Shown here one piece after another: positions 45,401 to 54,175 of a DNA stretch of 64,000 bases. Below the pieces are notes generated by a model. It saw only the letters and a program-made list of their open reading frames with translations. It searched no databases and had not been told where the DNA came from. Source of the stretch: an uncultured Chloroflexia bacterium. Its GTDB lineage: Bacteria; Chloroflexota; Limnocylindria; Limnocylindrales; CSP1-4. The stretch is from contig CAVXPZ010000004.1 of NCBI GenBank assembly GCA_963763775.1, positions 480,001-544,000 on the forward strand, given 5' to 3'. Numbering within the stretch: position 1 is the first letter of the stretch; each line of letters starts with the position of its first letter. A program made the translations under genes and the position numbers.

Positions 45401-46593
45401 ACGACCGCCGAGGTCAGCGGGTGGTACCGGCGCCGGGCCCCGGCCCAGCACAGCTCCGAGAGATAGGAGAACGGCGTCTCCCCGTCGGGCACCGGGAACC
45501 CCGGGAAGCGGTACTGCTCGAACCCGAGGTCGACCGTGCACGACGCCGCGAGCTCCACCGAGGTCGCGATCCCCTCCGACCACGCGCGCGCCATCCTCGC
45601 GTCCCCGCTGCCCGGCGGCATCGCCGCCAGTTCCGCGCCGGACTTCAGGAACGACTCCCCCTCGGGCCGGCGCAGGTCCCCGAGCGTCTCGAGCGTCCGG
45701 CCGTGCCGGATCGCGGTCAGGACGTCCGCCAGCTCGCGGTCCTCGGGCCGGGCGTAGTGGACGTCGTTGGTCACGACCACCGGCAGCCCGAGCCCCTCGG
45801 CGAGCTCGATCGATTCGGCCACGAGCCAGTCGTCGTCGGCGAGGAGGTGGTGCGAGACCTCGATGAAGCAGCCGCTCGTGGCCGGGCTCTCGCCCCGACC
45901 GTACAGCCGGGCGAGGCGCTCGGCGGCGGCGCGGGCGCCCTCGCGATCCCCGACCCGCAGCCGCCGTGCCAGCTCCCCGTCACGGCAGCCGGTCAGCGCG
46001 ACGAGGCCCTCGGCATGCTCGGCGAGGAGGGCCTGGGTGAAGCGCGGCACGCCCTTGGTCCCGGCCATGTTGGCCCGCGAGACCAGCCGGCACAGGCTCC
46101 GCCAGCCGATCGCGGACCGGGCGAGGAGGACGAGGTGCGGTCCGCGGATCCGATCGCCGATCCCCCGCAGGTCCTCCTTCACCGGCTCACGGTGCCCGGG
46201 GAGGCGGGCGCGGTCCGGACGAGGCCGCACCGGGACGCCCTCGGCGACGACCCCGGGCAGGCCCAGGTCCCCCGCCCCCGGCTCCGCGGTCGCGTCGGCC
46301 GGCCGTCGTGTCCCCCGCCGTCGCGGCCGTCGGGCCGGGATCACGATCCCGTCGGGGTCGGCGACGAGCGGGTCGCGCAGCTCGATCTCGATCCCGATGA
46401 CCGGGTGGAGCCCCACGGCCTCGGCGGCGCTGACGAACCGGACCGCGCCGTACAGCCCCGCGTGGTCCGTGACCGCGAGCCCGGTCAGGCCCAGCTCGAC
46501 CGCCCGGTCGACGAGGTCGTCCGCCGGCGAGGCGCCGTCGAGGAACGAGAAGTTGGTGTGGCTGTGGAGTTCGGCGAACGGGGTGGGTGCCAC
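42451..46593 (-). CDS. dnaE2: Error-prone DNA polymerase DnaE2 (ImuC)
   Basis: PHP ELHSHTNFSFLDGAS, GRGSA, LLFERF, PDVDIDF, FPRHLSIHSGG, KLDLLGLGML, GFAKSHAAAFA, NAQPMGFY, OB domain; no tau-binding C-terminal domain; LexA box upstream. Confidence 0.93.
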   Translation of the reverse strand: MAPTPFAELHSHTNFSFLDGASPADDLVDRAVELGLTGLAVTDHAGLYGAVRFVSAAEAVGLHPVIGIEIELRDPLVADPDGIVIPARRPRRRGTRRPADATAEPGAGDLGLPGVVAEGVPVRPRPDRARLPGHREPVKEDLRGIGDRIRGPHLVLLARSAIGWRSLCRLVSRANMAGTKGVPRFTQALLAEHAEGLVALTGCRDGELARRLRVGDREGARAAAERLARLYGRGESPATSGCFIEVSHHLLADDDWLVAESIELAEGLGLPVVVTNDVHYARPEDRELADVLTAIRHGRTLETLGDLRRPEGESFLKSGAELAAMPPGSGDARMARAWSEGIATSVELAASCTVDLGFEQYRFPGFPVPDGETPFSYLSELCWAGARRRYHPLTSAVVTRLAHELDVIERAGLAEFFLICWDLMRFAKEQGIPAQGRGSATSSIVSYTLGISRVEPITHNLLFERFINPGRTTYPDVDIDFSSARREEVIQYIYGRYGPDHTGMVCNLVTYRARSAVREVGYALGFPRPLVDRVAKALETYDSVMVRRDLEADGGFAEFFRRVDERTPAEAIAAEQAEAHGLVDGMGRLQQRVPLVGKVPPWRQPSTPDDPNAPRPFAWLGEGDIPAGDDPSAAGGSDPRDSDDPLAPRTAIRSGGTSDDEGGPGDTPASVAWLRAGRGTGYEPIDPESGQLLPPPRRTDKLGRPNHWDPPAPRRADQGAAGAHSSVARVEPEPPPQARGGSTVGMSDWERWLEFCARIDGFPRHLSIHSGGMLVTAAPLIDIAPIERATMVDRVVVQFDKRDVETLKLIKLDLLGLGMLAAMDETMQLIEHDCAVCLDLDRLPEDVPEVFEMLQAADTVGVFQVESRAQMQTLPKSRPQNLDDLVVEVAIIRPGPIQGNAVHPFLRRRQGLEPVTYLHPSLEPVLKDSMGVILYQEQVMRVAIEVAGFSPGESDGFRRAMGTWRSSREMEKLHRRFVDGCLRQPGMAEETAEELFRQVAAFASFGFAKSHAAAFARTAYESSFLKLFYPAQFLVGLVNAQPMGFYPVEVLVNDAKRHGVAVLPVDLNASSYKTTTEWVGRPGEPLPPGTGIAARPEPIRAPACVIPSPASLERWVPEVTAGWGVRLGLHLVKGIGEQHAALLDGELARGPYTSLEDVVERTGLPEEVLERLIRTGGLDSLGRPRRELLWQLREVAGRRSASAGRSKASAGRAMDLRLPATDAPDLPPLTESERIGDTYAVIGLDARHQVTELFRPVLERMGAVTNAALSEHRPGPVRIGGLVVTRQHPMTAKGTVFLAVEDETGMANVTLWPDTWARLRSVVRRHALLLIDGDLQREGSVVNVVARDVRALPELAAAAGGPDRPDGVRQTGYAGMRRLG

Positions 46594-46632
46594 GGGTCGC
46601 TCCGGTCGGGGGCCGGCTCATCGGGGCAGGTC

Positions 46633-46651
46633 AGTATAGAACATCCGTTCG
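46633..46651 (-). promoter_or_regulatory. LexA (SOS) box abutting the dnaE2 -10 element
   Basis: GAAC-ATCC-GTTC at 46639-46650; TATACT on the minus strand at 46638-46633. Confidence 0.85.
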
Positions 46652-46726
46652 AGTCTGAAGGAAGAAGCGGTGCCTGGGACCAACGGGCGGCTGGACAGAA
46701 CCGGCGAAGCCGGTCTTACTTCCCGC

Positions 46727-48244
46727 ATGCGACCCCACCTGCTGCTCCGCCGTGCCGTCGCCCCTGCCCTGGCCCTGCTCCTCGCGTGCTCGATCATCCC
46801 GACGGCCGGGCTGTTCGGCGCCCCGGCGGCCCATGCCGCCACCGAGATCCGCCCGCGCGTCACCGGCATCAAGCCGCTCAGCCACGAGGTGTACGGCTAT
46901 CTCCCGTACTGGCGTCTGGACTCGGGCACGGTCGATCGGATCCACTACGACCTGGTCTCGACCATCGCGTTCTTCGGGCTCGGCATCAACGCGAACGGGG
47001 CTCTCGACACGAGCTGGGTGGGCTACAAGGAGTACATCGGCGAGGACGCCGCCGCCGTCACGAACGCCGCCCACGACCGAGGGGTCCGCGTCGTCCCGAC
47101 GTTCCAGCTCTTCGACAGCGCCTCCGGCTACCCGAAGATGACCGCGTTCCTCTCGAGCACCGCGGCGCAGGACAAGTTCATCGGCCAGGCGCTCGACCTG
47201 ATGGACACCCGAAAGGCGGACGGCGCCGGCCTCGACTTCGAGTCGGTCATCGGGCTCAACCCGCTCGCGACGAAATACGTCGCCTTCGTCAAGCGCTTCC
47301 GCGATGCGATGAAGGCGCGCTTCCCCGATGCGACTCTCGTGAACGCCCTCTCGGCCGGCGCGAACGCCACCACCGTCAAGGGGCTCGTGGGCGTCGTCGA
47401 CCACGAGATGGTCATGACCTACAACTACCGCTGGTCGGGCTCGACCATCACGGGCGCGATCGCGCCGCTCGACCATGCGACGCGCAACGTGAAGATCCAC
47501 ATCGCGCGGTTCCTCCAGTGGGCGCCGGCCAAGTCCCTGCTGCTCGGCGTCCCGTACTACGGCTACAACTGGCCCGTGAAGACCAACACGCCGAACGCGG
47601 CGGTCCGCACCCCCAAGGCGACGTACGGCGGCGTGGTCAGCATCACGTACGCCGCCGCCCGGGACTGGCTCAAGGCCCACCCCAAGACCAAGCGGAAGTA
47701 CGACGCGCTCGAAGGCAGCGCCTTCTACACGTACTGGTCCACCAAGTACAAGACCTACCGCCAGGTCTACTTCGAGGAAGAGCGCAGCCTCGCGGCGAAG
47801 TACGACTACGCGATCGTCACCGGGCTCGGCGGCGTGGGCATCTGGACGCTCGACAACGACCGGGGCTACGAGGACCTCTGGAACGTCCTCCGGGCGAAGT
47901 TCTACGCCCCGATCCGGGATGTCCATGTGACCGGAAAGGTCCTCTCGGTCCGGAAGTCCAGCGGCGTCGTCTGGACGAAGATCCGCCTCCAGGCTCGCGA
48001 GGTCGGAACCGTGCCGGAACGCGGCGTCCTCAAGTGGACGCTCCGTGACACGAACGGCAAGCTCATCCGCTCGGGATCGCTGCCACGCGAGACGGTCTAC
48101 CCGGCCAAGACGCGGACTCACGATCGCCTCGTGAAGCTCGGCACCAGCGCCGGATTGAAGGCCGGGACCTACACGCTCCGCGTACGGTTCGAGACGTCCA
48201 AGACGTGGCGCTCGCCCGACATCCGGTTCCGCCAGCCGTACTGA
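46727..48244 (+). CDS. Secreted glycoside hydrolase family 18 protein with a C-terminal beta-sandwich domain
   Basis: Signal peptide, YGYLPYW, ADGAGLDFE, VMTYNY, LLGVPYYG, GLGGVGIW. Confidence 0.85.
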   Translation: MRPHLLLRRAVAPALALLLACSIIPTAGLFGAPAAHAATEIRPRVTGIKPLSHEVYGYLPYWRLDSGTVDRIHYDLVSTIAFFGLGINANGALDTSWVGYKEYIGEDAAAVTNAAHDRGVRVVPTFQLFDSASGYPKMTAFLSSTAAQDKFIGQALDLMDTRKADGAGLDFESVIGLNPLATKYVAFVKRFRDAMKARFPDATLVNALSAGANATTVKGLVGVVDHEMVMTYNYRWSGSTITGAIAPLDHATRNVKIHIARFLQWAPAKSLLLGVPYYGYNWPVKTNTPNAAVRTPKATYGGVVSITYAAARDWLKAHPKTKRKYDALEGSAFYTYWSTKYKTYRQVYFEEERSLAAKYDYAIVTGLGGVGIWTLDNDRGYEDLWNVLRAKFYAPIRDVHVTGKVLSVRKSSGVVWTKIRLQAREVGTVPERGVLKWTLRDTNGKLIRSGSLPRETVYPAKTRTHDRLVKLGTSAGLKAGTYTLRVRFETSKTWRSPDIRFRQPY

Positions 48245-48321
48245 TCCGCGCCCGGACGAATCGCGTCGAAGTTCGCCCGCCGATCCCGAAACATTCGGCG
48301 CGGGTTCGGCGTCTCAGAGCC

Positions 48322-48444
48322 ATGCAACTCCACTTCGCCTCGATCGCCACGGCCGCGCTCCGGCGCGCGCTGCTGGTCGCGATGGCGGTGGGCCTCATCC
48401 TGGTCATCCTCCCCGCGGTCCTGGCGGCCGAGGCGGGCGGCTGA
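48322..48444 (+). CDS. Small single-TM protein (40 aa)
   Basis: MQLHFASIATAALRRALLVAMAVGLILVILPAVLAAEAGG; GC3-rich codons. Confidence 0.5.
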   Translation: MQLHFASIATAALRRALLVAMAVGLILVILPAVLAAEAGG

Positions 48445-48819
48445 CCCACCACATGACGTCTCGGCGCCTGGGGGCCTCGGGACAATTCGGCGGCGATCGA
48501 CTGCGATGGTCGAGACGCCAGCCCGTCGGCAGAGCCGGTGAGCGACTCGGCCGACCTGCAGGACCCCGTCGCTTGGGGGCGACGGGGTCCTGCCACGTCT
48601 CAGCGACGATCGGACCACCATCCCGTAGACGGCTCCAGCGACCACGACGACGAGGAGGTACGCCAACGCCGGCGTGGGGGTGTCCGCGCCGTCCGATAGG
48701 AGGACGGCCACGAGCAATCCGGGTCCGATCGCCCAGAACGTCCAGTGGCTCGGACGGTTCACGGTGGGACGGATTCTAGTCGGCCTGCCTAGGCCCCCCG
48801 ATCTGCTCGGGATGTCGCT

Positions 48820-49571
48820 CTACGCCGGTGACCCCGAACGAGAGCTCGCCGTCGCCCGCCACCCGGTCCCGTCACCAACAGATTGACGGGCGATGGCAGC
48901 TGGGTCGAACCCCTTGGCGATCAGCCAAACCGCCAGGACCATCTCCTGCAGGAAGATGGGAAGAGCCAGGACGATCTGGATCGTCGACATCGGCTCGGCA
49001 AGCCGGAGCATCACGAGGATGCCGGACAGCATGACCGACGCGACGGCCACGAGACCCCAGACGGACAGCCATCGCGGGACGAGTCCCGATCGATAGAACA
49101 CCCGAGTAGTACATGAGTGCCCCGAGGCCAAAGGCCAGCACGGCCACTTCGCCCAGCGCATCACGTGCCGCCACCAGCAGCACAGCCTGGGCTTCATATG
49201 CAGGTCCAGCCGCAGATCCAGCGTTCGCAGATCCCTGGCTCAAGGTCGACCAGCAGCAGGAGGCAGACGACGATGCCGATATAGAGGGCTCCTTCGACGA
49301 GCCTGAAGCCGACTGACCCAAGTGCCAGACCTTCGCTGTGCTGCCTCAAGACCGGGTAGAGGGCCATCGCGATCCCAGTAGCCGCCGCGCCACCGATGAA
49401 GAGGAAGAGCGCGCCCAGGAGGACCTGGTCTTGGTTCGCCGAGATCTTCGCGAGATCGACCGGGGCCTCCAGGATCGGCTGTACCAGCACCACGCGCGAG
49501 ATCAGGTCGGCAACCGTCGCGATGATGAACAGCAAACCAGCGACGACGGCGATCCTTCGGTTCCCATCCAT
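48820..49571 (-). CDS. DUF4386-like membrane protein; frameshifted
   Basis: RRIAVVAGLLFIIAT, LYPVLR, FRLVEG, YRSGLVPRWLSVWG, EMVLAVWLIAKGF across frames. Confidence 0.7.
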
Positions 49572-49745
49572 CTGCTTCCCTCGCGTTCAGGGTCCCGACG
49601 CAGTCCGACGGCCAAGCTCGGCCGCGAACCGTCCTTGTGCTTTCGTCGAGCGTCGCGGCGACTCGTGGTCCTGCCAAGTGCCGTTGGTCGTCAAGTGACG
49701 GGAGGTCACGCCAGGTCCTGCCACGTCTCGGGGTAGGATGCCTCG

Positions 49746-50273
49746 GTGACCCCGCGTCCCCACGTCTCGCTTCGTCCTGTCCTCCTGATCGCGGCCCTGG
49801 CGCTCCTCGCCGCGTGCGGGCCGGGATCGACGTCGACGACGAAGCCGGTCGCGGCGACCGGGGCGGGGACCGCCGAGCCGGAGACGCCCGCTCCGACCTC
49901 CGTCGCGGTCTCCACCGAGGCTGCGCTCGCCGACCAGACCGACACCGATTGGGGCCGGATCTGGGACAAGCTTCCCGCCGGCTTCCCGATGTACGCCGGC
50001 TCGACCGCGGCCGACGAAGCCGCGACAGGGCCGGTGAGTGGCATCTATGCGCTGCCCACCGGTGACGCCGCCACCGTCGCGAACTGGTTCAAAGACCAGC
50101 TGACGGCGGCCGGCTTCAGCACGGAGGCCCTGACCGGCCCGCTAGAAGACGGCGGCTACGTGCTCGACTCCACCGGCAGCGAGCCCGGTTGCCGGACCGA
50201 GGTCACGGTGTCGCCGCTCGGTGGCACGATATCGGTGACGATCCTCTACGGCGCCGCCTGCCCGCTCCGATGA
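49746..50273 (+). CDS. Lipoprotein of unknown function
   Basis: Lipobox LLAAC; TAGGAT 6 nt upstream of the GTG. Confidence 0.75.
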   Translation: MTPRPHVSLRPVLLIAALALLAACGPGSTSTTKPVAATGAGTAEPETPAPTSVAVSTEAALADQTDTDWGRIWDKLPAGFPMYAGSTAADEAATGPVSGIYALPTGDAATVANWFKDQLTAAGFSTEALTGPLEDGGYVLDSTGSEPGCRTEVTVSPLGGTISVTILYGAACPLR

Positions 50274-50299
50274 CGATCCCCGAAGGAGCCTGACCCGAC

Positions 50300-50410
50300 A
50301 TGCACCCACGAACGCGCGACTTCATCGGCGCGGCGCTCCTCGCCATCGTCCTGATCGGGCTCGTCGCGCTCATCGTCGGGACGGCGTTCGCCAACAAGGC
50401 CATCGCCTGA
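50300..50410 (+). CDS. Small single-TM protein (36 aa)
   Basis: MHPRTRDFIGAALLAIVLIGLVALIVGTAFANKAIA; AAGGAG RBS. Confidence 0.6.
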   Translation: MHPRTRDFIGAALLAIVLIGLVALIVGTAFANKAIA

Positions 50411-50538
50411 CGGGCTGACGAGCGAGCGACAACCTCGGGACCGCGTCGGCCGCGCGACACGCGCCGGCCACGCCGGGCGTCTATGCTGGCGACGGACCGG
50501 CCGGGACCCGGTCCAAGCAGCGCCGGGGGAAGCGCACC

Positions 50539-50643
50539 GTGCAGACCGCACAGCCACGCGACGTCGGGATGCTCCTGCTCGTCGTGGGCGTCCTGCTCAT
50601 CCTGTTCGTCGTGACCTTGACGGTGGGCGGGCCGGCTCGCTGA
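50539..50643 (+). CDS. Small single-TM protein (34 aa)
   Basis: MQTAQPRDVGMLLLVVGVLLILFVVTLTVGGPAR; GGGGGA RBS-like; overlaps the tetR 3' end. Confidence 0.4.
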   Translation: MQTAQPRDVGMLLLVVGVLLILFVVTLTVGGPAR

Positions 50644-51214
50644 CGCTCGCGAGGGCTGACGAGCTCACGCCCGCCAGGAGCACCTCGATCCCTTCTGCGT
50701 AGGCCGCGTCGAGGTTGCCGCCGAGCCGGAACGCACCGGCAAGCTCCATCGAGACGAAGCCGTGCGCCCACGCGACCATGGTCCGAGCGGCCGACAACGC
50801 GCGGTCGTCGCCGACGAGCTCGGTCATGGCCGCGATCAGTGGCTGCGCCAGGTCCGCCAGGCGCGCCGGGTCCGGCTGGAGCTCCGGGGCGAGGTGGGCG
50901 AACAGCAAGCCGTAGCCATTCGGGTTGGCATGGACGAAGTGGCGATAGGCGTGCGCCGTGGCGACGAGGTCGCGCCTCGGATCCCCGGTCGACACGGCCG
51001 TGGCGAGGGCCGCTGCGAGGTCGTCCGTGACGGCGTCCGCGACCGCACGGACCAGCGCGGCGCGGTCCTTGACGTGCTTGTAGAGCGACGGTCCACGCAC
51101 GCCGACACGCTCGGCGACACGGCTCATCACGACCGCGTCGAGGCCGTCCTCCTCGAGGACCGCCCGCGCGGCGACGACGATCGCGTCCTTCGATGTGCGG
51201 GCCGGGGCTGGCAT
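50597..51214 (-). CDS. TetR-family transcriptional regulator
   Basis: IVVAARAVLEEDG...VAERVGVRGPSLYKHVKDRAAL; WAHG in the C-terminal domain. Confidence 0.92.
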   Translation of the reverse strand: MPAPARTSKDAIVVAARAVLEEDGLDAVVMSRVAERVGVRGPSLYKHVKDRAALVRAVADAVTDDLAAALATAVSTGDPRRDLVATAHAYRHFVHANPNGYGLLFAHLAPELQPDPARLADLAQPLIAAMTELVGDDRALSAARTMVAWAHGFVSMELAGAFRLGGNLDAAYAEGIEVLLAGVSSSALASVSEPARPPSRSRRTG

Positions 51215-51221
51215 GGCGCAG

Positions 51222-51266
51222 ATTATAGGCTATTGACACTAGCCATGAAGGCTATACAATGTAGCC
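51222..51266. promoter_or_regulatory. Divergent promoter with two GGCTA-N7-TAGCC operators
   Basis: GGCTA-TTGACAC-TAGCC (51228-51244) and GGCTA-TACAATG-TAGCC (51250-51266); minus-strand TATAAT at 51227-51222. Confidence 0.85.
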
Positions 51267-51315
51267 ATGCCGGATGACAAAGGTCCGGCCGGCCACTCAC
51301 GGAAGGGATCGTTCG

Positions 51316-51750
51316 ATGCATCAGAGTCTCATCGCCGGGTCGGAGTCCTCGCGACCGGCGGATCCCACGATCGTCGCGACGCCGCCCTTCGCGCGCACCT
51401 GGCTCCGTCTCGAGGGCGCGGCCGCCTTCGCGGCCGGGGTCGCCCTGTACGGCTGGCTCGGAGCGCCGTGGCTGCTGGCGCTGCCCCTCCTCCTCGTCCC
51501 GGACGTCTCGATGGTCGGGTACCTGCGCGGCCCGCGACTCGGGGCGCTCACCTACAACGTCGTCCACAACTGGGCCATCGGGCTGGCCATCCTCGGCCTC
51601 GGGCTCGCGACCGGCATCGACGCCGTCTCGGTCGCCGGGGCGATCCTCATCGCGCACGTCGGCATGGACCGGACCATGGGCTACGGCCTGAAGCTCCCGA
51701 CCTCGTTCCAGGACACGCATCTCGGGCGCATCGGCAAGCGCGAGGTCTAG
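51316..51750 (+). CDS. DUF4260-like membrane protein
   Basis: LRLEG, PDVSMVGYL.GPR.GA..YN.VH, AHVGMDR.MGYGLK....FQDTHLG. Confidence 0.85.
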   Translation: MHQSLIAGSESSRPADPTIVATPPFARTWLRLEGAAAFAAGVALYGWLGAPWLLALPLLLVPDVSMVGYLRGPRLGALTYNVVHNWAIGLAILGLGLATGIDAVSVAGAILIAHVGMDRTMGYGLKLPTSFQDTHLGRIGKREV

Positions 51751-51754
51751 CCGC

Positions 51755-52003
51755 TCAGTCGTACAGCCGCTCGAGGTGCCACGTGCCTTCGACGCGGTCG
51801 AGATAGACGAGCGCCAGCCAGCGCGGGCCGACCACCTTGACGTAGTCGCGGGCGATCGGCCCGCGCCACCACGCCTCCTCGACGCGCCAGCGGTTGCAGA
51901 CCTCGACCGGTTCGCGGCGACCGTTCCAGACGATGGCCGTCGGCTGGCCGGCGGCGTCGATCTCCACCTGGATCGCGGGGTGCTCCCGCAGCAGGCGGGT
52001 CAT
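51755..52003 (-). CDS. Small ImuB-C / DUF6504-like protein
   Basis: GQPTAIVWNG...RWRVEEAWW....RDYVKV...WHLERLYD; ATGA-coupled to imuB. Confidence 0.75.
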   Translation of the reverse strand: MTRLLREHPAIQVEIDAAGQPTAIVWNGRREPVEVCNRWRVEEAWWRGPIARDYVKVVGPRWLALVYLDRVEGTWHLERLYD

Positions 52004-53286
52004 CGACCGCTCCCCGACCCGGACGGGTCGAGCTCCACCGACCGCCAGGCCCAGCGGGCCTCGGGGAGCGGCGCCTCGGGGTCGAGCAAGGCGACCCGTC
52101 GGACCCGGTCCTCCCCGAACGTGAGCGCGAGCCGAGCCAGCTGCCAGCCGAGCCGGGCGTCGCGGGCCGCCTGCGGGATGAACAGCGGCAACTGCTGACC
52201 GGCCGCCGGTCGTGCCCCGGCCAGCTCCAGGGTCACGCGCGCCACGGCGGCCGGCGGCGGGGTCCGCTCCAGGCGGGCGAACAGCAGGCGCTCGATCGCT
52301 TCCGCGTCGGCGGTGGGCTCGGGGAAGCGCTGCTCCACGGCCAGCTCGGGCGCCGTCCCCGCCCGGGCGAACGCGAGGTCCAGGTCGAGATGCAGCTGGG
52401 CGCTCGTCGCCGCCAGGCCTCGCGCCGACAGTTGCCCGGTGAGCGCGCCGGCGAGCCGGTGGAGGACGAAGCGGAGCGACTCGAGTTCGTCCGACGGCGG
52501 TTCGATGGGGAGCCGGAGGACGAGTCGCTCGGGGGCCGCGCGCGGCCGGAACGGGTCGATCTCCTCGCCGCGGGCACGAGCGTGGATCCGCGCCCCCTCC
52601 TCCCCGAAGCGCGCGATGAGCGCCGAGCGGGCGAGCTCCGCGACAGCCCCCACGCGACGGAGGCCGAAGCGGGCGAGCCGGGCCCGGATGTCGAGGTCCT
52701 GGGTGAGGAGGCCCGAGGGATACGGCGCGAGGAACGCCGTCTCGCCGCCGCGCGGGACGAGGATCGGCTCGCCCGGCCGGGCGTGGACCGCGGCGATGGT
52801 CGCGACGAAGCGCGTCCCGGCGACGCCGGCACGGACCGGGGAGCCGGCACGCCCCGGGGCCGCCGGCAAGGCCCGCTCCAGGACCTCGGCCAGACGCGCG
52901 GCGAGGACCGGTTCCGGGCCCCACAACGGCTCGAGGCCGTCGGCCTGGACCTCGAACAGCCCGAACGACGCGTCCGCCGGATCGGTCGTCCCGGCGAGAC
53001 CCGGGCTGAACGCGGCGAGGGCCTCGAACGCGGCCTCGGCCGCGGCCCGGTCCGCCTCAGGATCCGGATCGACGAAGACCGCCTCCGGTGCCAGCCGATG
53101 CGCGCTCCCCAGCGGGATCCCCCGCCGGACGCCGAGCGACCGGGCGTCGCGGTTCGCGTCGATGACCGTCCCCGGATCCCACGGCCGGCCGCCCAGGACG
53201 AGCGGCCCCGTCGGGAAGGGCTCGGAGGCGCGGGCCGCCGCCAGCGCGAGGGGGAGATGCGGTCGGTAGAGGTGCAGCAGTCGCAT
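52000..53286 (-). CDS. imuB: Inactive Y-family polymerase ImuB
   Basis: VIDANRDARSLGVRRGIPL, L.RFGLRRVG, LIARFG, QLPLF clamp-binding motif; catalytic acidic residues absent. Confidence 0.85.
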   Translation of the reverse strand: MRLLHLYRPHLPLALAAARASEPFPTGPLVLGGRPWDPGTVIDANRDARSLGVRRGIPLGSAHRLAPEAVFVDPDPEADRAAAEAAFEALAAFSPGLAGTTDPADASFGLFEVQADGLEPLWGPEPVLAARLAEVLERALPAAPGRAGSPVRAGVAGTRFVATIAAVHARPGEPILVPRGGETAFLAPYPSGLLTQDLDIRARLARFGLRRVGAVAELARSALIARFGEEGARIHARARGEEIDPFRPRAAPERLVLRLPIEPPSDELESLRFVLHRLAGALTGQLSARGLAATSAQLHLDLDLAFARAGTAPELAVEQRFPEPTADAEAIERLLFARLERTPPPAAVARVTLELAGARPAAGQQLPLFIPQAARDARLGWQLARLALTFGEDRVRRVALLDPEAPLPEARWAWRSVELDPSGSGSGR

Positions 53287-54166
53287 CGCGATGGGTCCGT
53301 TCGGTGTCGGTGGCGGGGGCCTGGTCGACGGTGGGGATCGCCTCGACGAGGAGGTCGTCCCGGCGGAGGCAGCGGTCGCGTTCGCCGCCCTCCGCGTAGA
53401 GGATCCGGAGGGTCGCCCGCCGCCCCGGCGGGCCGTATCGATTGCGGGCGACCAGCGCCTCCGTCCGCTGGCCGACGATGTCGCGTCCGAGCCGGATCCA
53501 CGATCGCCGCGCGAGCTCGAGCCGGAGTCCGCTCGACTCGGCGACCGCGCTGGCCATGGGGCCGGCGAGCCCGGGCGGCTCGAGGACGACGAACAGCGAC
53601 TCCGCTCGACGGGCGAGCGCGGCCAATCGGCCGAGCCGGTCCGCGACCTTGTTCGGCCGGTCCGTCTTCGCGAGACGCCCGCCCGGCAGGTCGAGCAGGA
53701 GCAGGTCCACGGACCGGCCGGCCAGCAGGCTCCCGGCGATGGCCAGTCCCTCGTCGAGGGTCTCGGGCGTGATGACCACGAGCCACTCGAGGCGGACCCC
53801 GCGCGCGACGGCCTCGACCGGGTCGAACGTCCGGGCCAGGTCCAGCCAGGCCACCACCGAGCCGGCCACCTGCGCCTCGGCCACGAGCCGGAGCGCCAGG
53901 GTGGTCCGTCCGCTCGAGCCGTCGCCACGGATGGCGACGCTGGCGGATCGCGGCAGGCCTCCTGGTCCCAGGATGGCATCGAGGCTCGCGAACCCGGTGG
54001 GGATGACCCGGTCGTCGGGGCGGGCGGCGGGCCGTGGTCCCCCGTCGGGAAGCGGCTCGTCCGCAGGCGCCAGCGCCATCGACCCGATGACCCGCGGAGC
54101 TGCGGCACCCCACCGGGCCTGGAGGCCCGCGACAGCGGCGTCCACATCACCACGAGCGGTCGTCAT
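53057..54166 (-). CDS. imuA: RecA-like ImuA protein (true stop probably near the imuB start)
   Basis: IPTGFASLDAILGPGGLP, degenerate Walker A GDGSSGRTT, VAWLD, DLLLLD; LexA box upstream. Confidence 0.85.
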   Translation of the reverse strand: MTTARGDVDAAVAGLQARWGAAAPRVIGSMALAPADEPLPDGGPRPAARPDDRVIPTGFASLDAILGPGGLPRSASVAIRGDGSSGRTTLALRLVAEAQVAGSVVAWLDLARTFDPVEAVARGVRLEWLVVITPETLDEGLAIAGSLLAGRSVDLLLLDLPGGRLAKTDRPNKVADRLGRLAALARRAESLFVVLEPPGLAGPMASAVAESSGLRLELARRSWIRLGRDIVGQRTEALVARNRYGPPGRRATLRILYAEGGERDRCLRRDDLLVEAIPTVDQAPATDTERTHRDATAAPLPTASPPRAGGGPRLRALPDGAARPGRPAVGSGDGHRREPRRPVARRPAGDPAGERASAGTGGGLRRSGS

Positions 54167-54175
54167 CGGACGGCC

